Origin: Lama glama
Taxonomy: Eukaryota
Assembly: GCA_028534125.1 (NCBI GenBank)
Contig: CM052818.1
Span: 25,732,001-25,796,000, forward strand
DNA length: 64,000 nucleotides
Direction: 5' to 3'
Both the position numbers and the translations under genes were made by a program. Numbering within the stretch: the stretch's first letter is position 1; every line of letters starts with the position of its first letter. Shown here one piece after another: positions 12,660 through 26,360 of this stretch. The notes under the pieces were generated by a model. That model saw only the letters and a program-made list of their open reading frames with translations. It had not been told where the DNA came from and did no database searches.

Positions 12660-13625
12660 TAACATGGTAGTTAAGAACTCTGGCTCTAGAGTCAGAAAGA
12701 CCAGGGTTCTAATCCAATCTCAAGCACTGGAGAATATACCTTTTGGGAAGTCTGCCGAGACCGCAAGCCTCCTTCTCTTAGAACTGCCTCCAGGAGTGTG
12801 CCCTACACTCACATATTATGTGACTGCCTGACTTGACATATTTGATTGGATCAGAGGAGGAGGCAACAAGATTGATTTCTTTCTCCTAATATTTAGAATT
12901 GTGATCACTTGGATTTAGAATAAGTAAACTTGAAAGCTAGGAGACAACTACATTTGGCCATGCACATATGGAGAAGCACAGTACAGAAAAGAATGAAACA
13001 GAGGAAGAAGATACGCAGAGAATGAGGCAAGAAACTTTGAGGAAGGAAGATAAAAAGGAAGAAATAGAGATGAACTAACCATACAAGTACCCTCATATGA
13101 ATTCTGGGCACCTCTAACAGACTTCCATTTCCAGATTCAAGTCCATCTCGATGCCTGATGTTACTTCCTGACTCTTGGGTTACTTGTAACACCCCTCTGT
13201 TCTTAAATTTCCTTTTTGTGTAGGAGGGGGAGTTTAATTTTGATCAAGTGGGTTTCTTTTTTGGGGGGGGAGGTAATTAGGTTTATTTATTTATTTATTT
13301 GTTTAGAGGAGGTACTGGGAATTGAACCCAGGACCCGGTGGATGCTAAGCAAGCACCCCACCACTTGAGCTATATCCTCCCACCTTCAAGTGGGTTTCTA
13401 TTGCTTTCAATGAAAGAAAACCCAATTCTAGCAATCATTTACTAGTTGTGTAAGTTTAGGCAAGTTATTTAACCTCCTAGCCTCACTTTCCTCAACAATA
13501 AAATGGGATAGTAAGAGAATCTACTTGCCAGGGTTGCTGTAAGGATTATGTGAATTAATATATGCAAAGTGTTTCACAAAGTGCTTGGCATATGAAACAT
13601 TCTCAATACTTAAGATGTTATTTTT
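12660..13625. mobile_element. MIR split by an LTR16-like LTR (~12890-13425), which itself contains a SINE
   Basis: MIR head GGTAGTTAAGAACTCTGGCTCTAGAGTCAGA at 12666 and MIR body resuming at ~13425 (TTTACTAGTTGTGTAAGTTTAGGCAAGTTATTTAACCTC); LTR-like end CAAGTGGGTTTCTATTGCTTTCAA. Confidence 0.65.
13258..13385 (-). mobile_element. Vic-1-type SINE with a 14-bp TSD
   Basis: TSD TCAAGTGGGTTTCT at 13244-13257 and 13386-13399; body GGAGGTACTGGGAATTGAACCCAGGACC...ACCACTTGAGCTATATCCTCCC. Confidence 0.92.
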
Positions 13626-14234
13626 TATCGCTGAATTTTTTCCTGTCAGGCCACTACTACGCTGACTATGGGATACTCTGACTCTACCAAGAATAATAAT
13701 ATGCCTCTATAACAACTTGCAACCTAGATTCAGATACACTCCTGGTCTTATCATCCTCTGAAACCAAGATCTATATCCTCTAAGCACTTTCCTGAGAGCC
13801 TGGAGTTGGGGCTGGGAACAGTGGAGGAGGATGCCAGTGGGAACAAGTGGTTGAAGTGTCTTTCCAGATGGCCCTTAAGACTGCAGCTGAAGAAGGGGCT
13901 GCCTCTGGCCCTGTGTCCATTTTGAAGGTTGTAAGGGAAGTTGTTCATAGGAGTGGCTTGATGGCTGCCAAAGACTCAGAGGCATGCTTCCTGGTATTAG
14001 TAGACCAGTTCCCATTTGAGGACTTCTGGCTTAGACTGGTGATTGTTAAATGCAAGTAATCAGGTAATGATTATAGGCAAATCAGCAGATGTGCCGCTGC
14101 TGACACCTGTTTCCCTAACGATGCTTTATATTCAGTTAACTGGCAATTAGTGTGCCCATGAGGGAGTGTTACCACCAATACCGAAGGATGTAATTTGGGC
14201 CTTGAGAGACCTACAAGCACATCAGTTTTAAAGA

Positions 14235-14735
14235 AATTCTAGCTTTACTGAGATATAACTGACTTATAACATTGTGTAAGTTTAAGGTATGCAATGAGAT
14301 GCAAAGGTGTACACATTACTAGATGATTATCACAATGTGGCTAGTTAACGCCTCCATTACCTCACAAAGTGCCTTTGTGTGTATGTGTGGTGAGAACATT
14401 CAAGATCTATTCTCTTAACAACTTTCAAGTCTATAATACAGCATTGGTAACTATAGTCACCATGCTGTACATTAAGTTTCCAGAATTTATTCATTTTATA
14501 ACTGGAAGTTTGTACCCTTTGATTAACATCTCACCATTTCCCCCACCCCCTGGTCCCTGGCAAACACCATTCCACTATCTGTATGAATTAGACTTTTTTA
14601 GATTCCATGTGTAAGTGAGATGATACAGTATTTGTCATTCTCTGATTTGTTTCATTTAGCATAATGCCCTCAAGATCCATGCATGTTGTCTCACATGATA
14701 GGATTTCCTTCTTTTTTATGGCTGTATAATATTCC

Positions 14736-14784
<49 letters not shown>

Positions 14785-16475
14785 TTTATCCATTCATCTG
14801 TCAATGGACACAGATTGTCCTCATGTTTTAGCTGTTGCAAATAATACTACAGTGAACATGGGAATGCAGACATCTTTTTAAGATAGCGATTTCATTTCCT
14901 TTGAATATAGATCCAGAAGTGGGACTGCTGGAATATATAGTTCTTTTTTTATAATTAATTAATTACTTAATTAATTTTTAATTTTTAAAAAAATTTATTT
15001 TTATTGAAGTGTAGTTGATTTACAATGTTAGTTTCAGGTGCACAGCAAAGTGATTCACTTATACGTATACACACATATATATTTTTTCTGATTCTTTTCC
15101 ATTATAGCTTATTATAAGAAATTGAATATAGTTCCCTGTCCTATACAGTAGGTCTTTGTTATAGTAGTTCTGTTTTTAGTTTTTTGAGGAAACTCCATAC
15201 TGGTTTCTACAGTGGCTGTACCTATTTACATTCCTACCAACAGTGCATAAGGATTCTCTTTTCCCCACATCCTTGTCCCCACTTGCTATCTCGTCTTTTT
15301 GATAATAACCATTCTAAGAGATGTGATAGCTCACTGTGGTTTAGATTTGCATTTCTCTGATGATTAGTGTCATTGAGCATCTTTTCATGTATCTATTGGT
15401 CATGTGTATGTCTTTTTTGGAAAAATTTTGGGAAAATGTCTATTCAGATGTCCTCCACATTTAAATTTTTTTTCTTTTTTTGACTATTGAGCTGTATTAG
15501 TTCCTTATGCATTTTAGATATTAACCCTTATTAGATAGGTGGTTTGCCAATATTTTCTCCCATTCTGTCAGTTGACTTTTCATTTTGTTGATTGTTTATT
15601 TTGCTGTGCAGAACCTTTTGCAGAACCTTTTTAGTTTGATGTAGTCCCAGTCATTTATTTTTGCTTCTGTTGCTTGTGCTTTTGGTGGTGTATCCAAAAA
15701 TCATTGCCAAGACCAATGTTAAGGAGATTCATTCTTATGTTTACTTCTAGGAGTTTTATGGTTTCAGGTCTTTAAGTCTTTAACCCAATTTGAATTAATT
15801 TTTGTGAGTGATGTAAGATAGGGATCCAGTTTCATTATTTCAAATGTGATTATTCAGATTTCCCAACATAGTTTATTGAAAAGACTATCCTTTCCCCATT
15901 GAGTTTTCTTGGCTCCTTTGTCAAATATTAGCTGACTATATATACATTTTTTTCTGGATTCTTGATTTTGTTCCATTAGTTTATGCGTCTATTTTTATAA
16001 TGGTACTATACTGCTTTGATTTCTATAGCTTTGTAATATAGTTTGAAATCAGGAAGTGTGATGTCCCCAGCTTTGTTCTTCTTTCCAAAATTACTTTGGC
16101 TGAAAAGCCAAAGCTGTGGTTCTATGTAAATTTTAAGACTGCTTATTCTATTTCTGTGAAAAATATCACTGGAATTTTGATGGAGATTGCATTGAATCTA
16201 TAGATGGCTTTGGGTAGTATGGACATTTTAACAACATTAATTTTTCTGATCCATGAACACAGGATATCTTTCCACTTAATTGTGTCTTTTCACTTTCTTT
16301 CATCAAACCCTATAGTTTTCAGTGTACAGATCTTTCACCTCTTTTGTTAAATGTATTCCTAAGTATTTTCTTGTTTTTGATGCTATTGGAAATGAGATTG
16401 TTTTATTTCTTTTTCAGATATTTTGTCATTAGTGTACAGATATGCAACTGATTTTTGTATAATTTTGTAACCTGA
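14235..16475 (-). mobile_element. L1 (L1MA-like 3' UTR plus ORF2) with a younger L1 3' fragment nested at ~14950-15165
   Basis: Continuous antisense L1 motifs (GTGAGAACATTCAAGATCTATTCTCTTAAC; TTTGCATTTCTCTGATGATTAGTG; GATTGCATTGAATCTATAGATGGCTTTGGG). Confidence 0.93.
14737..14780 (+). repeat. (AC)22 microsatellite inside L1
   Basis: Perfect dinucleotide run. Confidence 0.97.
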
Positions 16476-17064
16476 GCATATCACTTTTCAAAGGTTTAAC
16501 ACTTACCATTTTAAAACTGTATTTCATATTATATATGATACATATATATCATGAAACAGTCTCAAATGGTTAAAAAATACGTTGCTATGACCATGTAAAA
16601 CTGGAAGTGTTCTATGGAATCCTACAGAGTTCTCAGATTCTCAGGAGATTAATTCAGAGATGAACTGGGCTAACCTGGGAATCAGTCTTTGGAGCTAGGT
16701 TGTTAACAACAATTTTTAACCTTTTTCCTTTAAGCATAAAAAGATTCATAAACCTCATTATATAATAGAAATATAAATAAAAACTATTGGGTAAAAGTCA
16801 CTCATAATTCCACCACCCTAACAAATGAACCACTTTCATTTTTCCATGTTTAGTCTATATATCTTTTAATGATGATTGACATATATCCCTTGAAATTGCA
16901 GATTGCCAATTCAAATGCAAACTGCTCTTGAACTATGAGAGATGCTTGCATAGCATTTGAGGGGTAATACCACACAACAGGTTTGATTTATTGTCTTAAA
17001 AAACTCTTCTGACACTTATAAGATAGCAACATTAAAAAATCATAACCTGTGTACATATCTCATC

Positions 17065-17185
17065 TCCTGTTCTAGATTATAATCTCAGAGAACAAATGAA
17101 GATTGTGGTTTGTTCACTACTGAATTCCCTGAAATACCCAGTGTGCACCCTGTACATAAAGGACAGTTAATAAATATTTGCTGAA
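17065..17185 (+). mobile_element. L2 3'-end fragment
   Basis: CTAGATTATAATCTC...TTGTTCACTACTGAATTCCC...TTAATAAATATTTGCTGAA. Confidence 0.6.
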
Positions 17186-18519
17186 AAAGTGACTGGATTT
17201 GATCAAGTAGGGGTATGGCTAATGGAGACTGAGACCAAGAGGGGAAAGCAGAGTTTCCTGTTCTCCCAGCTTCTCTCTGAGTTGGCCAGTGACAGTCTTG
17301 CATGAGAAGGGGGCTCAAGAGGTGGGTGTGGGACACCACCATGAATCTACTCAGTGTAACTCTCTAGAGTCCCTGTCCACTTCTGGCCACTCAAATCTCT
17401 CATCTCCACTTACCTACAGACCAGAGGAAAAACACTGTGAGATCTTTGAGAAGTCCTTCTCTTTTGTGGCAGCCAGAGATTCAAGAGGGTCTGTGGGGGC
17501 ATAGGCAGAGTAATAGGAAGACCTAGAAGAGGCACCATAGGGAGCACCCTGTGCAGTTAGAGGCCCAAGGACATGAGGTAGTTTGAAGATAACCAGTTGT
17601 TAAATATTTAGCAGCACATTGCTCAATAGAGGCCTGGAATGGGACAAAGAGCTGTGTGGAGACTTCACGACTAAAAGCAAATGAATAAAACCATCGCTTC
17701 ATCACTGGTGGCAGCACAATACCCCAAATGGCCAGACAGTAAGAAACATTTGCACTCAGAGTTCATTATCCGGGGATAAGACCAAACTAGTCCTTCCACA
17801 GCAAAGACCAGGAAGGATCCTGGACATCACCTGAATCGGAGGCCCCTCTCCTCTACTGACCCCAAATCCTGCACCCTGAGCTACCATCCTTCGGGTATCA
17901 CTGAGCATCTATCTACCCTCATGACTGAGTCATCCAAGAGACTGTTTAAAAGCCAAGACTGAGAGATTTTGATTGGCTATTCAGCAATTTTCATACTGTA
18001 AAGAAAAGAAAGCTTGACAAAATATCATTGAATAGTAGGAAAATGAATTTCTGCAGGAGATGGGATTTCTGTATTTACTGAAAGAAAAGTTTTCTTTAAA
18101 GATGGCAAGAAACACTTTTACACTAGGGGATAGATACTTCTATTTTCTGTAGATCTCATTATTATATTATTCTTGATCTTGATCTGGTATACACTAGACT
18201 GATTGGGCAGGGACTACATAAATATAAATATATAAAATAGGATCCTTTATTCTCAATTCCAAAAAAACCATTAAATTTGTAAATAGTGTCTTAGTAATAA
18301 TGCTGATAGGGGATAGGCTAAGGTCAAGAGGGTCTGTTGAATTCATTACTTGGAGCTTTTTAAAAACAGTGATTTTATATGTATACAGGACCATTTTCAC
18401 CTGGTTACATCAAAACGACTGTTTAAAAAAGTCTTGCTTCAGACCTGTGTCCTAATTAGTCTTCTGTCTTCATCACCCCACTCCCTCCTCCTTAAACTTA
18501 AGCCTGAAGACAGGAGCCC

Positions 18520-19195
18520 CATACACCTGCGGTCAATTAATCTTTGACAAAGGAGGAAGAATATACAATGGAGAGAAGAGTCTCTTCAGCAAGTGGTGTT
18601 GGGAAAGCTGGATAGCTGCCTATAAATCAATGAAGTTAGAATATCCCCTCATACCATATACAAAAATAAACTCAAAATGGCATAAAGACTTAAATCTAAG
18701 ACAGGACACCATAAATTTCCTAGAAGAGAATATAGGCAAAATATTCTCTGACATAAATTGTAGCAATGTTTTCCTAGGTCAGTCTCCCAAGGCAATAGAA
18801 ATAAAAGCAAAAATAAATAAGACCCAATCAAACTTACAAACTTTTGCACAGCAAAGGAAAACATAAACAAAATTAAAAGACAACCTATGGAATGGGGGAA
18901 AATATTTGCAAATAATGTGACTGACAAGGGCTTAATTTCCAGAATATACAAACAGCTCATACAATTCAGTAACAATAAATAACCCAATCCAAAAATTGGC
19001 AGAAGATCTAAAGAGATATTTCTCCAAGAAGACATACAGACATACAGATGGCCAAAGCATAGGAAAAGATGCTCAATATCTCTTAATTATCAGAGAAATG
19101 CAAATCAAAACTACAATGAGGTATCACCTCACACCAGGCAAAATGGCCATCATTAAAGAGTCCATAAACAATAAATGCTGAAGAGGGTGTGGAGA
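18520..19195 (+). mobile_element. L1 ORF2 internal fragment
   Basis: Translates as LIPYTKINSKW..DLNLRQDTINFLEENIG and IREMQIKTTMRYHLTP (L1 ORF2 C-terminal part). Confidence 0.93.
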
Positions 19196-19254
19196 CATTA
19201 TATAACAAGTCTATGAAAGTGTACATTCCAGAGAAGCAATTTTAATTTGAAGAC

Positions 19255-19701
19255 TGTAGTAGACACTGCTAGTTACCTAATCAATGAACATTTCCCTCTT
19301 CTTTCTTGTTGGGATAATCCTGATTTTGTTAAGGCAGCAATGGCTCATCCCAGTGTCAATGTGAGTGTCCCAGGCAAAATGATGATGGCAGTGGAGGTAG
19401 TGGTGTGATGTGCTTCTGGCAATAAGATGATACAATGAAGTCAGACATAGCTGGCTCCATATTTGGCCCCTTCCTTCCCTGTCCTGCCTTGAACAGTATA
19501 TGGTGCCTGAAAGAGCAACAACCATCTAGGGACATGAAGGAAAGAGTGAGAAAATCACAAGGGTGCCATCTCTGACATAACTGAGATATTGAACAAATGC
19601 CTGCTACTTCTTTCTTGTTATTTGAGAAAAACAGACTGTTTGTTTAAGCCATAGTAGTCTGGCTTTCTGTTACTAGCTACTAAATGCAATCCTAGCTGAC
19701 A
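19255..19701 (+). mobile_element. MLT1-type (ERVL-MaLR) solo LTR
   Basis: TGTAGTAGAC start; end TGTTTAAGCCA...TTTCTGTTACTAGC...AATCCTAGCTGACA. Confidence 0.7.
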
Positions 19702-20849
19702 TGAGACTTTGTGGGCATAGTAACACTAATTCCGCTGATCAAATATCCTCACAAGCAGTGTTTGTAACTAGACTTTGCTCTTTCCAGGGTCAATAACTCT
19801 CTGGCTTCCAAAACCTGAGTTTCATTTTTCTCTGTTTTGTGATATGTCTTTCCTTTTACCATGTTTTTCTCAAACGTCTGGATTCCTTGGCTGGCCATTA
19901 ATTTTTAAGACTAACTCATAAAAATTTTCTCTGGAAACACTGGGTACATTGACGAGGTTTGTTGCCTGAAGGACTTTGCTGTAGGATGATCGGGTAGTGA
20001 ACCAGCCTTACAACTGGGAGATTCTCTACTGCCAGTGTCTGGAGTGTCTTTTTTGGGACTGTCAAGTCTCTGTAGAGGAGAATCTCTAATTGACTGGGCA
20101 GGGGTTGGGGCCAGGTATATGCGTGGCTGCTGGCATTCTAGGAGCAGGAAAGGGACACGCCTGAAGCTTCCACTGTTCAGTCTATAGCTTCTTACATAAC
20201 ACACCAGTTTATAACTCTATGATTTGTCCTTGCTCTGCATGTGGCTTAGTCTTCAAGTCCAGAGCCTTTTGGGTTACTTTCTTTTGTGTATGAACCTCCA
20301 TTCTCCTGTGCAGTGGTGAGTGGATATTTATCTGGCTGCTTAAAGTTGGAAGGGGACCTAGCACTAGAGGTCCAACCATTTTCCACACATATAATCCACC
20401 AATCCCACTAATTTTAGAGTCACATCTTCATTTCTACCTTTTGAGCCTCCAAACACTGAGACTTTCAGTTTCTAGTTCATTATTCATTGGAATTCTCTTC
20501 TGAGATACTTAGATTGCAACTGCCTCTCTTCTATTAAGTTGGTTATTACTTTCCATCGTCTATTAGTTTGTTGAGTATTCTTTCTGTCTCCTCTCCAACT
20601 TGTTGGGGGTAGTGTCTTTTTTTTTTTTTTTTACCGTATATTCCTTTACTGTTATTTTATTGGTGCTTGAGAGGAGGAACAGGCATGTGGTCACTCTGCC
20701 ATGTTTTCCTCCCTTTATCTAGTTAAGCTGATTTTCAATCCCAGGAATTATGGTAGTGAGCATCCCAATAATTGGCTCACTATAAGTAGGAGGAATAACC
20801 CCCCCCCCCCGAGAAAGGTTTAATAGTTGAGCAGATTGTGGCAGGAACT

Positions 20850-22165
20850 TGAATAACTTTTTAGTGAAAGAAACCCTGTGCAAATAGGCTTAAGCAAAAG
20901 AAAAATTTATTGGCTCATGCAAGTTGGGAGGCTCAGGGGGCTGAATGAACAATTTTGGTCTAAAAGAGAAATTCAGAGAAATAATCTATTATGTAGGAGG
21001 AACACAAGCTATCTACATTAATTAGGATAAGTAATACAAATTAAATGAATAAATTCAGGACAAAGTGAACATGTCAGCTAGAAGTTTTGGAAGGACACAA
21101 AACAAGAAGAGAAATATGTAGAAACTGCAGAATGCCTATGCTTTTGTGAACCCAGAAGCAAGGGCAGCAAAGAAGACAGTGGGAATTGAACCTGGTGTAG
21201 TTTAAACTTCACTCAACTTGTGACGCAGTCCTTCCTGACAGGTGTTCTGGCAATAGAACACCCTCTTTTCGATAATGACAAAGACCACATGCAAATGAAG
21301 TAAATAACAAGCAGGGGCAAAGTCACAGGTCGTCTGGCTAACTGAACCTTGGGAAACTATCTACAGAGGAGTTTTTTAAGTGATTTGATCACAGATAAGA
21401 GTAATATTATGAGGAAAATAATTTCTGTTTGTAAGAAGGATTATCTAGACCATGTGGGCTTGAGAGAGCTTCTAGATATTTTCAACCTGTTATCTTTCTC
21501 GCTGACTTTTGTCAAAGTTAATGAAGATAACGAATCATGTGCTTGCATATTCTTATTTGCCACAACAGTTGTTTCATTGGCAACAATTCCTGTAATGAAA
21601 CCCTAGGAATTCAGCACTGGAAAATAGTGACAGTTTTTATTCCTGGTGAGTTGGGTAAGTTAGTCTGGGACTGGAGTAATTGAGCGTACTGTTCCAGAGC
21701 AGATGGTAGGAAAAGAAAGAGGAGGTAACATGGAATGAGCTTCAGATATAACTGGAATCAGAGGCTCAAATGAAGTTATCAGGGCTGCTCCCCTATACCC
21801 TAGCTCTACTTGTCTCTTGCAGTTTCATTCTGGGTTTCTCAAGTCCCGGATGTTTATGCTCCCAGCTTAGCAAATCCAGCAAAAAAGAATAGCCTTTCCC
21901 GATAGCTCTTTCAAAAAAAGCCTTAAGGTGATTCTGATATGTTCTGCTAGGTCACATGTATCTCTGAAACAAGTAATGACACGAAGGGTATGGGGAATTC
22001 TGGTTGGTATGGCCTGGCCCTTGTGCACTCTTGTGATGATGGTCATGTGGCCCTGATTGAGAGTTCAGCCCCAACTAAGATACTGAGTTGAGTTCCTTAC
22101 AGGAAAGAAGCGCTCTGTTATAAGGAGAAGGAAAAGACTGTTAAAAACAGGGGATGTCCATTACA
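20850..22165. mobile_element. MLT1-type LTR apparently interrupted by a ~0.8-kb unrelated insert (~20945-21730)
   Basis: GCTTAAGCAAAAG...ATTTATTGGCTCATG at ~20890; the LTR resumes with GGCTCAAATGAAGTTATCAGGG at ~21760; a similar uninterrupted element lies at ~38600-39080. Confidence 0.55.
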
Positions 22166-23514
22166 GGTTCATTTACCACTGATGGAGTAGAGTCTTATCC
22201 TGTGTGCTAGCCCACATGGTCCCTAACAGAGACTGCGTCATTCAATATAAAACATTCTAATTTTCTGGAATAAACATGGAATTGACTTGTTCTAAGTAAC
22301 ATTAAGTTAATGTTAATTTAGCATGATGATTATAGTACCTGCAGAAATGATGTTATTAAAGCATCATTCTTTAGGTTTCATAAATATGAGCTTAAAAATT
22401 TGGTATAGTTTGGAGCATGAGACCATGGCAGTGGCTTCCAGTGAAGGAATAATTTTAGAATGGGGAAGTACCCCTATTGGCTTGTCAATGCCCAGCCTTC
22501 TCCAACCTAGCCTTCATCTCAATGCCCTTCTTTATCAAAACTTTTTAAACCTGTTTTTTTTTCCCTGACTGGAAAAGAATATAATGGTTACTATGTATCT
22601 AAGTGATATCTAAAAATGGCTACCTATGAGGAAATAGGGTTTTAGAAGATAGTCAAATTTTCTGAAATATTTATTTTATAAAGTAAGGAATATTATGGAA
22701 TATAAAGCTGGGAACTGGCAAGTTATTTTTTGTAAATCAGATACAGTCTGAATGTTTCCACACCTAGTTAGCCCATGGGAACCAAAACAGTCCTATCAAC
22801 AAGACATGCCCACCTAAAAGACTTCAATAACTTCCCCTCACAAAATCTTCACCAGTTAATTCAGGTATTTTGAGTGGGTTTCTTGCATGTGCTTAGAAAC
22901 AAATCTGCTCACGTTCCTGTGGTGGTCCACTTTCCCGGAAGAAGCCCCTTGTTCAAAATCTGTTCTGAGGTCTGCCATGTAAATTCTGCTTCTCTGCTGC
23001 TCCACCTGTACAGCACTGGCTGTACTTGCTTTGCTCCACCCATTCAGAAGTGAAGACAATGCCCCCTGTCCACTCTGTTCTTTATTACCTGGGTCTCAAA
23101 ATAGTACTGTATATACCCAGTCTGACAAAGTATCATGAGAGTTTCCTCAGCTTCTGATTCAAACACTTGAGAGATCTAATGAGTCCACAGGATCAAGTAG
23201 GCAGGGTGGAGCAGAGGTGGAGGGGTGAGAGGCCATGCCTTTCACTCTACTCTCTCCAGATTCTCGTTCACAATCATCTCTCTTTTCCTTTCTTCCTCAG
23301 CTTTCAAATCGCCCAAACCTCCAGGCATAACTCTCTAAGTCAAAAGTCAAACACCTCTGTGTTTGTTTACAGATTCAAATATATGCCTCAGAACAGGAGA
23401 GGGTATCCATCAACCATCAACCTCTCTGCCAAAGTGTAGGTCCATGGGGTCACCTGCTTCTGAGATAGATTGCTTTTCAGAATAATGTCATTGAGACTTT
23501 CAAAAATAGTTTTT

Positions 23515-23840
23515 ACAGAAATAGACTCACAGAAGAAAACAAAATTATGGTTACTAGTGGGGGAAGTGGGGGGGGTGAAGGGTTAAATTGGGAGTTTGGG
23601 ATTTGAAGATACTACTATATATAATCTAGATAAACAAAGATAAACAACAAGGTCCTACTGTATAGCACAGGGAACTATATTCAATACATTGTAATAGCCT
23701 ATAATGAAAAAGAATATGAAAAGGAATATATATATATACACACATACACATATGAATAATTGAATCACTATGATGTACACTAGAAATTAACACAACGTTA
23801 TAAATCAGCTATACTTCAATAAAAGAAAGAAAAGGCAAAA
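23515..23840 (+). mobile_element. L1 3'-end fragment
   Basis: ACAGAAATAGACTCACAG...CTACTGTATAGCACAGGGAACTATATTCAA...CTATACTTCAATAAAA plus A-rich tail; AGTTTTTA repeated on both flanks. Confidence 0.9.
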
Positions 23841-24731
23841 AAAAGTTTTTAATCATCTGTACTAATGGAGCAGGGAACAGAATGGCTATATAAATGTTGA
23901 CAATGGTTTTATTCTTTCTCAATCCTACAGTGTTAGAGTAGCCTACACTTTGTTTTATATTCTATACTTGCTGTGTTACTCAGCACATGTTCATGACTGA
24001 AGTTCTATTTCTTGTGCTCACTTCCATTAGAGAGAATGAACGATGTATTCTGCAAATGTTAGATGCTATAATCACTAATACATCTTTTACGAAATAGGGC
24101 TTTGTCAAAATGTTTTCAGTAACTTTCCCATTGAAGCCAAACATACATTAAGTTCTTACTCAAATCCAGTGATGGGGATCGGTGATGAAATAATTCTGGA
24201 ATCACTTTTTTCTTGTACAGAGTTTCTTTTGAAATCAGTGGCAATCCTGAACGTGGGCTAAGTCCAAGAAGCATTCTGCAGAATAAGAATCACGTGCAGT
24301 ATTAATGAGTCATTCTGTCCTTCTTTCCCATCTGAATCATATATCAATTTGGCTTTACGGTTTCTTAAAAAATGATTTTTCAACCATCTAAATAAAGTTT
24401 CTTTTGATGATATGCTTATAGTGGGGAAATAAAAATTATCTCTAATAATAAAATGTCCAATAATCTTTAAAGACTAGAACTCCTTAGTAGTTTGTGAATC
24501 ATAATGGTATTCAACTTCATTTTTATTGCCTTAATATTTTTATTGCAAAAATGTTACAGAGAATGCTTAAAAGCTTCAAAACCTTCAACATCCTATTTAA
24601 AATGCCTTTAAATTTTTTCAAATTTCCTTCCAGCTTTGTCTATATCTGTATCTATATCTATCTATATATATGTGTGTGTTATATATAACTACAATCACAG
24701 AATATACACTAACCATATAGTTCATCTAATA

Positions 24732-24929
24732 AGGATTCTCAACCAGGGGCAATTTTGCCCCTCTGGAAACAGTTGGAAATGAATGGAGACATTTTTGATT
24801 GTCCCTAATATGGGCAGGTGTATGTTGCTGGCAAGACCAAGGATGATGCTAAACACACTACAATGTATAACTCTTCAAAAAAGAATTATCCAATCCAAAA
24901 TGTCAATAGTGTCAAGGTTGAGAGGCCCT
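24732..24929. mobile_element. MER20 hAT DNA transposon
   Basis: TTCTCAACCAGGGGCAATTTTGCCCC...GGAGACATTTTTGATTGTC...AAAATGTCAATAGTGTCAAGGTTGAGA. Confidence 0.85.
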
Positions 24930-25969
24930 TGTACACACACACGTTTGTATTATGCTTTTCAAAACTTTGCTAAATAATCTTATTTTTGTCTTAAGATTCT
25001 CGAAATTATCCCTTTATCTATTTGACAATCATAGTTCATTTAATGATTTACCCACTCAGATATCATAGATACTGTTATGAACATCTTCATACATATGGCT
25101 TCTAAATTTGCTTGGGTTAAACTTAAATTTTCACAAGTAAAATTACTTTGATAAAGGGTATTATCATTTTAACGGCTCTTAAACTTGGTATAGGAAACTT
25201 ATAAACGTTAGCTTTGGCAAAACACATTCATTATTAATGGTTTATTAAAGAGAATTAAAGTTTGCTTGTAACTACAGTTTCTAATGCTATAGTGTTTTAA
25301 GTGGGAAGTAATGGTGCTGGGGGAGGATTACATCCGAGTTTAAGCTTTCTGAATAGACAATATGATTTTAGGAGCAGAGCAGATATCGCTTTACCCATAT
25401 TTATGTTCCTGGAGGAAAGGGTTGTGATGGTGCCTTATTCATCTTCATATCCTTAGTGCCCATCCCAGCATCAGGTTGAAAATGTACATTATAAACATTT
25501 GTTGAATGGACAGACAAGGGTAGGAGTAACACATGAAGAGACTAACTGATCTGACTGACTTTATGGGGACAGATGACAGCATAGATTGTGTTCCCATAAA
25601 ACCATTAGCATTTATGTTGTGATTGGTTTTTATAATTATCATTATACTTGATGATTTAAAGATTATAGCTCTTGTTATCAGACTCTGCTAGAAATATCTG
25701 CTAACATTGGTGGTAGAAGCCAATATATTGAAGGTCTGGGAACAAACACATAGCTCTTCCTCTCAGCCAGGATAAAAAGCACTCTCTAGCAAGATAACAC
25801 TGGTTTTTGTTTAAGAGACACAAAGACATTAAAAATTGATCAGTGAATTTTTAATAACTAGAGAATACATACACATGGCACAAAAGCTGAAAAGTATAAA
25901 AGAATATATAACATATTTTTTCAAACTGGAGTTTCCAGCAATCCAGTTTCCCTCCCTGGAGGGTCTAAC

Positions 25970-26360
25970 ATGGATATGCTATGTATAGGCTACAAACTGC
26001 CATAAACAAGAAGTCCCAAAGTAAGGCACACAGTACATGGGGGTGGTGCTGCTCCACAAAAATCATCCCAGGACCTGGTGCCTTCAATCTTGCTGTTCTT
26101 GTATCATTTTTACTGTTGGGCATGGTGGAAGCTCAGTGCCCCATCTGTACTCCAGCATGTGAAAAGGGAAAGAAAGGTCATACAAGTCAAACAATTTCTT
26201 TTTAAGCAAATGGTGCATAAGTTGCACCACCATTTCTCCTCATATTCCATTGGCAAGAACTTTGTCACACGGCTATGCTTAGCTGCAAGGGAGACTGAGA
26301 AATGTAATCTTTAGGTGGGTGGCTGTATGCCCAGCTGAAAATTCAGAGGAAGAGAATTGA
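25970..26360. mobile_element. MLT1-type LTR fragment
   Basis: TTGGCAAGAACTTTGTCACACGGCTATGCTTAGCTGCAAGGGAGACTGAGAAATGTAATC. Confidence 0.7.

Noticed and set aside
18630..19181. Three ORFs including a 128-aa antisense frame
   Set aside because: L1 ORF2 fragment and its antisense shadow
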